From an uncultured Pseudomonadota bacterium (GTDB lineage: Bacteria > Pseudomonadota > Alphaproteobacteria > RF32 > CAG-239), in assembly GCA_949283275.1 (NCBI GenBank), contig CASDRW010000120.1, positions 1 through 56,444 on the forward strand: DNA of 56,444 bases. Reading direction: 5' to 3'. Positions 50,039 through 56,444 of the stretch are shown piece by piece. The notes under the pieces are model-generated. The model was not told the DNA's origin and did not search any database. It was given only the letters and a program-made list of their open reading frames with translations. Position 1 is the first letter of the stretch, and each line of letters starts with the position of its first letter. Made by a program: the position numbers and the translations under genes.

Positions 50039-50950
50039 ATGCCTTTGGCTAGTGTTAGCAACAAAGTAGACGGTGTTGCCGGCTGGGACAAAACGGTAGC
50101 CGACGTTAATAATATTGACGAAACCTTTGCCAACGCAAGGGATCTTGGTTATGCGCGCCTTAACAATTCGCGTATATCGGTAATCGGCAATCTTGGCAAA
50201 TACGACAACAAAGATATGTACATGGTTCAGGTACAATCTAATGGTAAGTTGTTTATTAATTTGCGCACCGGCGATTCGACCGATGATGAAAAAGTCCTTG
50301 ATTTGTCCAAGTACGACCAAAGGCTCAACGAAATTAAAGCCGAGATGGAGGCGTTGGGCATCAAAACGGAGGAAGAAGAGGTTGTTGATACTACTCCCAA
50401 AACTCCGCTAGAGATAGCCAGGGCAGAAGTTCAAAAAATGAAAGAAGAACGTGAAAAAGCGCAAGCGGGATTGCTTGACGATATTGCACCCGGCATGACT
50501 ATCAAGGTTTATATGCAAAAAGGCAACCGCACGATTTGTATCGGCGATTCGACGGCAGATAAAAATTCCGAAGAATATGCCACCATGAAATCAATTCTTT
50601 CCGGCGAATACAAGGCCAAAAAAGGACAATATTATATCGAAATTGGCTCCGAAGATGAGACCTTGCGCGAGAACACCCCCTATGTTATGCAAATTAAACA
50701 AGGCACCAAATACATTAATGACTATTTGGTAACCGAAACAGAGTCTGAAGACAGCAAAAACGAAAAGATATCGCTTACCTCAAGCACCTCATCATCGGAG
50801 TATATTTCATCGGCTTATGCCGCACAAATACAGGCGCAAAAATATGAAGCCACCGCCAACATGATGGTTGATGCCTATACCAACCTGGCCTCAATCCGTA
50901 ACAAGCAAAGTGGTGCGACCAAACTGTTTTCCACCTTGTTAAACATTTAA
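50039..50950 (+). CDS. hypothetical protein, probably co-transcribed with dnaJ
   Basis: 303-aa ORF with AAGGAG 7 nt upstream. I found no terminator in the 79-nt gap after dnaJ. It has a central Glu/Lys-rich helix and a Ser-rich stretch, with no motif recognised. Confidence 0.55.
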   Translation: MPLASVSNKVDGVAGWDKTVADVNNIDETFANARDLGYARLNNSRISVIGNLGKYDNKDMYMVQVQSNGKLFINLRTGDSTDDEKVLDLSKYDQRLNEIKAEMEALGIKTEEEEVVDTTPKTPLEIARAEVQKMKEEREKAQAGLLDDIAPGMTIKVYMQKGNRTICIGDSTADKNSEEYATMKSILSGEYKAKKGQYYIEIGSEDETLRENTPYVMQIKQGTKYINDYLVTETESEDSKNEKISLTSSTSSSEYISSAYAAQIQAQKYEATANMMVDAYTNLASIRNKQSGATKLFSTLLNI

Positions 50951-50952
50951 GT

Positions 50953-50980
50953 AAAAAAGCTCCCGCAAGGGAGCTTTTTT
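50953..50980. terminator. bidirectional intrinsic terminator shared by the 303-aa gene and the flagellin gene
   Basis: AAAAAAGCTCCC-GCAA-GGGAGCTTTTTT is a perfect stem flanked by an A-run and a T-run. It lies 2 nt after one stop and 20 nt after the other. Confidence 0.85.
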
Positions 50981-51000
50981 CAAAAACCGTCATCGTCGTT

Positions 51001-52872
51001 TTAATAAAATAAAGTAAGAATACTTCTGGCTGATAGCGAGGCGAGCGAGAGGGAGTTAATCGCCAGTTGTTGGCGAGTTTGGAGCGATAAGTATTGGGCT
51101 GAGGCCTCGTTCATGTCGGCAAGCGTCAAATCATCCGCTCCGGTTTCCAAGACATCAGTTAAAGCCTCAGTAAAGTTAATCCTTGTCGTGATGACGGAAT
51201 ATTGGTTGCCCAAACTTTCGGCCAGAGAGCGCAAAGTGGTGATAGAGAGATTGAGTTGATTTATCGCTTCTTCAATATCGCCTTGAGTTTGCCACAAAGC
51301 CTCGTTGATATTAAGCGCCTTGCTGGTGATATCTTGGCCCAAGACATTAAAGACATGCTTTCTGTTTTCATCAAACACCACTTTGAGGTTGCCGCCTTTG
51401 AGTAAATTTATGCCCTGATATGAGCAATCGGATAATAACTTGTCATATTCTTTGATGATTTGGTCAAATTGCTGATATTTATCTTTGGTATCATTATCAT
51501 TTTCAATATGGAAAAACTTATCCATTTCTTCATCAATATCTGGAATAGCAGGGGCAATTTTATTGGTTAATATAAATGATTGTGGTGGAGTATTGGTATC
51601 ATCAAGGTATTCTGCAGAATCCATATCGTATGAACATTCATAATATTGATTATTAATAATCATAGATACTCCTGCTTTAGATATTAAATTGCTATCATAA
51701 AATGTATTTACATTTGTCATTGTTGGGCTATTTCCATTAATAACAACTTGAGACGAATTCAAAAAAGCATCAGTCTCTTCAAACAATACACCTACATAAT
51801 TTGCTTTATAATTAACTCGGCTTTGATTTTCCATCACAAGTTTTGTCGCCACAAAAGCATTGCCTTTATAACCATTCGACATCATATTAAAAATACTGTT
51901 ACCTCTCATTACGACATTTGCATAACAAAACCCATGACCATATTGAGCGTTAGTTTCAATATTAAGTTTGGTCCCATCCTCAATAATAAATGTTGCACTA
52001 TTTTCATAATTTCCCGGATCAGTTTTAATTTTTCCGATAAAGCCGCGGCTATACATACTGTTTGAATTAACTCCGTCATTAATATTCACCGGACTATTAT
52101 CATGAATGTTAATTATACCTTTTAAAATTACTTCTACACTGTTTCCTTCGGCATAAACTCCGGCAATAGCATCATTTGTAGGTAATGAATTGGTCATATC
52201 AAAATTAATATCCAAATTTTGTAAAACAACATTTGTCGAGCCAGATGAAACTTGTATTACTCCCGCATATCCTCCGGATATTTTGCTATCAGTAGTATAA
52301 TTAAGTTGCAAATCAGAAACCATTGCTCCATCGCCGACAATTAGTCCTGAAGCTCCAACTCCTTTAAAGGTAAAAGTCAAAGATGAAGTTTTCCCAGTGC
52401 CAAAATAATTACTTCCGACTAACGACTGTCCTTTTCCTAAAATAATTGATTCGTTTTCTGATAAAGTTATATCTCCGTCAATTACAATCAAACCGGATTT
52501 TCCTGATTGAATCGCAGCCAATAGTTCGTCCTCGGTTGTAACTCGGGCGACAATTTCTTCTTCTGCTTTTTCTAGGGCCGAATTGGCAACAGCTTGGGCT
52601 TGTTCCAACAAGGTAATGGCTTTTTCGATACCGACATTAGCTGCTTCAATGGTTTGGATGCCTTGTCCCATGCTGTCCAACAACGCGGTCAAATCCGCCG
52701 CGCGGTTGGTGAGCGAGCGGGCTTGATAATAAGAGCTTGCGTTGTCGATGGCTGAGTTTACCTTTTTGCCGGTGGCAAGAATAAGCTGGGTCTTGTCCAT
52801 TTGGGTGGCAATGTTTTTAAGGCTCAAGAGATTGCTACGCATTGAGGCATTGAGAGTTATGCTATTACTCAT
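51001..52872 (-). CDS. flagellin (Caulobacter-type termini) with a large beta-helix-like central insert
   Basis: 623 aa. The N-terminus is ...ILATGKKVNSAIDNASSYYQARS.... The C-terminus is ...YQGINLLKGG...LGNQYSVITTRINFTEALTDVLETGADDLTLADMNEASAQYLSLQTRQQLA.... AGGAGG lies 5 nt upstream of the ATG. Confidence 0.9.
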   Translation of the reverse strand: MSNSITLNASMRSNLLSLKNIATQMDKTQLILATGKKVNSAIDNASSYYQARSLTNRAADLTALLDSMGQGIQTIEAANVGIEKAITLLEQAQAVANSALEKAEEEIVARVTTEDELLAAIQSGKSGLIVIDGDITLSENESIILGKGQSLVGSNYFGTGKTSSLTFTFKGVGASGLIVGDGAMVSDLQLNYTTDSKISGGYAGVIQVSSGSTNVVLQNLDINFDMTNSLPTNDAIAGVYAEGNSVEVILKGIINIHDNSPVNINDGVNSNSMYSRGFIGKIKTDPGNYENSATFIIEDGTKLNIETNAQYGHGFCYANVVMRGNSIFNMMSNGYKGNAFVATKLVMENQSRVNYKANYVGVLFEETDAFLNSSQVVINGNSPTMTNVNTFYDSNLISKAGVSMIINNQYYECSYDMDSAEYLDDTNTPPQSFILTNKIAPAIPDIDEEMDKFFHIENDNDTKDKYQQFDQIIKEYDKLLSDCSYQGINLLKGGNLKVVFDENRKHVFNVLGQDITSKALNINEALWQTQGDIEEAINQLNLSITTLRSLAESLGNQYSVITTRINFTEALTDVLETGADDLTLADMNEASAQYLSLQTRQQLAINSLSLASLSARSILTLFY

Positions 52873-52995
52873 CTCTGCCTCCTTTCAGATACAACAAAAC
52901 CTTCTGCCAAATTGGTAGCAGAAAGCTCAAAATCCCATAAGGGGCGATGTGTCAATTCTTGTAACAACATCCTGGTTGTATCCTTTAGTTTTGTT

Positions 52996-53034
52996 AACAA
53001 AAACTCGTGCGGCTGAATTCTTCCGCACGAGTTT
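52996..53034 (-). terminator. strong minus-strand intrinsic terminator between tRNA-Arg and the flagellin gene
   Basis: 12-bp perfect stem AAACTCGTGCGG (53001-53012) / CCGCACGAGTTT (53023-53034) with a 10-nt loop. On the minus strand it runs into TTTTTG. Confidence 0.65.
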
Positions 53035-53151
53035 AGAATATCATATCTTAGGTAAAGAAAAAGTTAATTCCTAAAATATATCCGTTCAAATTAAGAAACG
53101 AGAGACCGCAGCGAGTTAGCTTTTGAGGTCAAAGCATCAAAAGCTTATGAG

Positions 53152-53187
53152 CCAGAACGAACCTTGGTTCGAATACCGCTCGGGCGC
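53152..53187 (+). repeat. remnant of a tRNA-Arg 3' half, inverted relative to the intact gene
   Basis: GTTCGAATACCGCTCGGGCGC (53167-53187) matches the T-loop, T-stem and acceptor 3' strand of the neighbouring tRNA, with 1 mismatch and 1 indel over 21 nt. A CAGAA further 5' may match the anticodon-stem 3' strand. There is no matching 5' half. Confidence 0.5.
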
Positions 53188-53194
53188 AATAATA

Positions 53195-53227
53195 AAAAGA
53201 CAAAACCTCCCGATTTTAGGGAGGTTT
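53195..53227 (-). terminator. intrinsic terminator of tRNA-Arg
   Basis: Stem AAACCTCCC (53203-53211) / GGGAGGTTT (53219-53227) with a 7-nt loop lies 9 nt after the tRNA CCA end. On the minus strand it is followed by TTTGTCTTTTTATT. Confidence 0.65.
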
Positions 53228-53236
53228 AAATATAAA

Positions 53237-53313
53237 TGGCGCGCCCGGCGGGATTCGAACTCACAACCTTCTGATCCGTAGTCAGATGCTCTATCCAATT
53301 GAGCTACGGGCGC
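53237..53313 (-). tRNA. tRNA-Arg (anticodon ACG), CCA encoded
   Basis: Hand-folded as GCGCCCG-TA-GCTC-AATTGGATA-GAGC-A-TCTGA-CTACGGA-TCAGA-AGGTT-GTGAG-TTCGAAT-CCCGC-CGGGCGC-G-CCA. The acceptor, D and anticodon stems are perfect. The T-stem has one G-U pair and one A-C mismatch. Confidence 0.92.
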
Positions 53314-53529
53314 ATCTTGTCGGTGAAAATAGTTATTACAACATCAAAATAAAAAAAGCAAGAAAATTTTTAAAAATATCTTTTTGTTTAGCAATAATTT
53401 AAGAAATAAGGATTATCTTAAGATAAAATCTGATGGCAGATTTATTTTTTGTAAAAAATTTTCTTTACAAAACTGGCAGATAGTGTAAAACAAAAAGGAA
53501 AGTTATTTTTAAATTAGGGTGCTTTTTCA

Positions 53530-54624
53530 ATGACAAAATTAACAAAATTATCATCTCTGTTAATTGCAGCTGCGGCTTTAAGCGGATGCACATATTCATC
53601 TGACGCAATTTTCCCGTCGCTTTTTGGCTCTGATTCGGAAAATGTTTCTCAAAACAATGATGCAGCCCAAGCGGGCATTGTCTTGGGGACAACCAATTTT
53701 GAACCGGTTAATATATCAGAAGTCAGCAACACCGGCACTTTTGTAGGGCAAAAAGTTATTACTTTCCGCAATGAGCTAAGTCAGCTTCAGACCTCAATTA
53801 GAGAAAACAATGCTCAGTTGCAAGAGGTTAGAAATTCGGTTGTTAACAATGCTTTGCAATATCACAAAACCGTCGGCATGATAGAGGCTAAATTACAAGT
53901 AGGTACAACCCCTGGCAACCCGCATATGTTTGAAATGTTGGCCCAAGCTCAAAACAACATTCAGGTTATGAGCACCAATTCTGCCGCCTTAAATCAGCTT
54001 TCGGCCAAAGTTGCGGCCGATACCGCCAACACCGATTATTTGATTGAATCTATTCGTTCGGTATATAGTGTTTCCGGTGCGGTTGACGAAGATCATCGTC
54101 AGCTCAGGGTTTTGGAGAACGAGGCCGGCCAAACATCAATTTTGATGCACTCTTTGTTGAGTGAGGTAAACAGCGATATTTCGCGTCAGCAACAATACAT
54201 TGACACCGCCAACAACAATATTGTTAAGCTAAGCGATGCTATTCGGGTTGGCAGTTATGGGGTTAACAATGTGCCAATGATGCACTCACCGCTGTCGTTT
54301 AACAATCCTGCACCCATGGCAAACGCCAAATCTTCTCCGGCATTGATTAGCGGCAAACCGCTTTTGGCAATTAAATTTAACTCTGACAATGTCAAATATC
54401 AAGAAGGGCTAAAACAAGCAGTCGGCAATGCCGTAGCTAAAAAACCCGATGTTGTTTTTGACGTGGTAGCGGTTAATTCTCCGCAAGGCAGCAACGCCCA
54501 AAAATATGCCTCTCAGGTTTTTCAGGAAATCATAAATTTAGGTGTCAGCGCCGACAAGGTTAATATCTCAGCCAAGACCGATGCCAAAGCATCTGTTCCG
54601 GCAGTTATGGTGTTTGTCCGTTAA
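53530..54624 (+). CDS. hypothetical lipoprotein
   Basis: 364 aa with a lipobox (LIAAAALSGC). The body is Gln/Asn/Ser-rich and helical, with no catalytic motif recognised. Confidence 0.6.
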   Translation: MTKLTKLSSLLIAAAALSGCTYSSDAIFPSLFGSDSENVSQNNDAAQAGIVLGTTNFEPVNISEVSNTGTFVGQKVITFRNELSQLQTSIRENNAQLQEVRNSVVNNALQYHKTVGMIEAKLQVGTTPGNPHMFEMLAQAQNNIQVMSTNSAALNQLSAKVAADTANTDYLIESIRSVYSVSGAVDEDHRQLRVLENEAGQTSILMHSLLSEVNSDISRQQQYIDTANNNIVKLSDAIRVGSYGVNNVPMMHSPLSFNNPAPMANAKSSPALISGKPLLAIKFNSDNVKYQEGLKQAVGNAVAKKPDVVFDVVAVNSPQGSNAQKYASQVFQEIINLGVSADKVNISAKTDAKASVPAVMVFVR

Positions 54625-54646
54625 AACATCATCCTAACAACTAAAT

Positions 54647-54675
54647 AAGCCGCCTCTTTAATAGGCGGCTTTTTT
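54647..54675 (+). terminator. intrinsic terminator of the lipoprotein gene
   Basis: AAGCCGCCT-CTTTAAT-AGGCGGCTT followed by TTTT, 22 nt after the stop. It overlaps the stop of the convergent gene. Confidence 0.75.
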
Positions 54676-55279
54676 ATCTGCTTTTTTGTCTTGAAGAAGG
54701 CCTGCTTGCAGTTGTTCTGTTGGGCAGAGATGTCCTGAGTGCCAATATTTTTTGCCCCAAAGACATAGGCTCTTTTTTCTTTTTTTTCGGATTCTTTTTA
54801 TTGCCGGCTTCTTTGATTTGTTCTTTACGCTGGTTTGTTTTTGAGCTTGGCAAGGGTTTAATTTTTACATCGGTTATTATTTGAGCCGACAAAGGCTCGT
54901 GAAACTTCTCGCTGCTTTTTAATCGTAACAGCTCATTTTTATTATAGCCTCTGACGGCAATAATCTCAGCCACGGCTCGTGTCAAAAATTTATTATCGGC
55001 CGAAACTTTGTTCAACAATTCGTTAATTTCCTCGTTATCAGGATTTTCTTTGGCATAACCGACCAACAATTTACGAGCAGTATTAGCTTCAGCTTGTTGC
55101 TTTTTAATTTGTGTTTGCATTTTTTTAAGTTGTTTTTCCAGCTCAATCAGCATTTCCAAAAGCTGTTCTCGTTTGTTCTGATATTGCGGATCGTTTTTAT
55201 CAAGCTCTTCAATTTTTTTGTTAAGAGATGATCCTTCGTCAATATCCTCAATATTTGTTTGTTGGTCCGTATCAGCCAT
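54674..55279 (-). CDS. hypothetical coiled-coil, Lys-rich protein
   Basis: 201-aa ORF with an acidic N-terminus, a coiled-coil middle and a KKNPKKKKKE run. The tail is basic (NRTTASRPSSRQKSR). Confidence 0.5.
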   Translation of the reverse strand: MADTDQQTNIEDIDEGSSLNKKIEELDKNDPQYQNKREQLLEMLIELEKQLKKMQTQIKKQQAEANTARKLLVGYAKENPDNEEINELLNKVSADNKFLTRAVAEIIAVRGYNKNELLRLKSSEKFHEPLSAQIITDVKIKPLPSSKTNQRKEQIKEAGNKKNPKKKKKEPMSLGQKILALRTSLPNRTTASRPSSRQKSR

Positions 55280-55343
55280 TTATATCTCCGCAGCAATAAT
55301 AAGATAAAACTATGATAACATAAATTTTATAAAAAAACATCAC

Positions 55344-55376
55344 AAAAAACGCCTCCCTCGCAAGAAGAAGGCGTTT
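55344..55376 (-). terminator. intrinsic terminator of rpsA
   Basis: Stem AAACGCCT (55347-55354) / AGGCGTTT (55369-55376) lies 25 nt after the rpsA stop. On the minus strand it runs into a T-run. Confidence 0.55.
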
Positions 55377-55401
55377 CTAAAGCAAAAACCAAGCTCAAAG
55401 C

Positions 55402-56444
55402 TTAGGCGTTTTTCTTCAAGGCCTCGCCCAGGGCATCGCCTAAAGCCGAGTTGCCCGAAGCAGAAGAATATTCTTCCAAAGCTTTCTTCTCTTCGTCAAT
55501 TTCCAAAGCCTTAATCGACAAGTTTACTTTAGAGTTTTTCTTGTCAATCGAGGTTACTTTGGCTTCGACAGTATCGCCTTCTTTGAAGTTTTCAACATTT
55601 TGCGAGGCCTTGTCTTTAGCCAAATCACCCTTTTTGATGTAAGAGGTCAAACCGTTAACATTAACGGTGATACCTTTTTCATCAATAGCGGTAACGCAAG
55701 CTTTAACGACATCGCCTTTCTTAATGCTTTCCAAAGCTTGAGCAACGGTGTTTTCGGTTAATTGCTTAATACCCAAGCTGATGCGTTCTTTTTCAACATC
55801 AACATCAATAATTTTGGCTTGAATATCTTGACCTTTGCTATAGTCTTTAACCGCTTCTTCACCGGGTTTGTCCCAAGAAATATCGGACAAGTGGATCATG
55901 CCGTCGATTTCATCAGACAGACCGACAAACAACCCAAACTCGGTAATATTTTTGATTTTGCCCTCGATAATCGATCCGAGCGGGTGCTCTTCAATATAAG
56001 CAGCCCAAGGATTCGGAGTGCATTGTTTAATGCCGAGGCTGATACGTCTTTTTTCGGCATCAACTTCCAAAACCTTAACCTCAACTTCTTGCGAGGTCGA
56101 AACGATTTTACCCGGATGAACGTTTTTGCGGGTCCAGCTCATCTCAGAAACATGAACCAGTCCCTCGATTCCGTCTTCCAGCTCAACAAAAGCACCATAA
56201 TCGGTGATATTGGTAACTTTTCCGGTATAAATTTCGCCGACATTGTATTTACCCTCGACCTTGGCCCAAGGATCATCTTCCAACTGCTTCATACCCAAGC
56301 TGATACGTTGAGTATCTTCGTTAAATTTGATAACCTGAACCTTAACTGTTTGTCCGACAGACAAAACCTCGGCCGGATGATTAATACGGCGCCAAGAAAT
56401 ATCGGTAACGTGCAACAATCCGTCAACACCGCCCAAATCAATAA
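55402..56444 (-). CDS. rpsA: 30S ribosomal protein S1, C-terminal part (5' end lies beyond the window)
   Basis: Repeated S1 domains (GLLHVTDISW, GLVHVSEMSW, GMIHLSDISW). The frame stays open to the window edge, and the track's Met is a TTG inside the gene. Confidence 0.93.
   Translation of the reverse strand, partial: IDLGGVDGLLHVTDISWRRINHPAEVLSVGQTVKVQVIKFNEDTQRISLGMKQLEDDPWAKVEGKYNVGEIYTGKVTNITDYGAFVELEDGIEGLVHVSEMSWTRKNVHPGKIVSTSQEVEVKVLEVDAEKRRISLGIKQCTPNPWAAYIEEHPLGSIIEGKIKNITEFGLFVGLSDEIDGMIHLSDISWDKPGEEAVKDYSKGQDIQAKIIDVDVEKERISLGIKQLTENTVAQALESIKKGDVVKACVTAIDEKGITVNVNGLTSYIKKGDLAKDKASQNVENFKEGDTVEAKVTSIDKKNSKVNLSIKALEIDEEKKALEEYSSASGNSALGDALGEALKKNA

Noticed and set aside
52895-52909. 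Sigma54-like TGGCAG upstream of the flagellin gene (minus strand TTGGCAGAAGGTTTTGTTG).
   Set aside because: GG is present, but the base pair 10 nt downstream is TG, not GC, so the -12 TTGC element is out of register. I also found no match to the TAAA-N15-GCCGATAA sigma28 pattern. The flagellin promoter remains unidentified.
53413-53470. 14-bp perfect palindrome TTATCTTAAGATAA (53413-53426), a weak AAATCTG/CAGATTT hairpin and a TTGTAAA...TTTACAA inverted repeat upstream of the lipoprotein gene.
   Set aside because: All are short and made almost entirely of A/T in a very AT-rich spacer. Such symmetry is common by chance, and no supporting context exists.

Overview
This is a 56,444-bp chromosomal window from a low-GC alphaproteobacterium. 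Gene order (rpsT-dnaA; gpmI/EnvC-like/ctpA/YibQ-like/rppH; ihfB/LapA-like/accD; yejAB; Caulobacter-type flagellin) suggests a Holosporales/Rickettsiales-like, probably host-associated lineage. That placement is inference; no search was run. I call 45 protein-coding genes (one truncated by the window edge, one a 47-codon small ORF), one tRNA-Arg(ACG), about ten intrinsic terminators and a few regulatory motifs. I see no rRNA, CRISPR array, IS element, integrase or prophage. Roughly two thirds is housekeeping: dnaA, rpsT, mutM, tsaB, rppH, ctpA, gpmI, a class A PBP, polA, gyrB, nadE, accA, rmuC, ihfB, accD, dnaK, dnaJ and rpsA. Interleaved are AT-richer lineage-specific genes, many encoding highly charged proteins with basic C-terminal tails. 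Best candidate for something undescribed: a 1227-aa protein encoded antisense between dnaK and dnaJ, which are normally adjacent. It has an N-terminal J domain, four Ala/Gly-rich hydrophobic segments, a Pro-rich linker, tandem 18-aa repeats and a Lys/Arg-rich tail. Each chaperone gene has its own RpoH-like promoter. Other notable items: an archaemetzincin-like (M54-type) metalloprotease fused to unknown domains; an orphan 623-aa flagellin with a very AT-rich beta-helix-like insert of about 350 aa, next to tRNA-Arg and an inverted remnant of the tRNA 3' half; a pair of 42-bp repeats carrying perfect 17-bp palindromes upstream of dnaA; a PAS-only membrane sensor with no kinase output; and a porin gene abutting a compact OmpR-type regulator gene. 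All functional calls come from reading motifs in the supplied translations. No database search, structure prediction or statistics were run.
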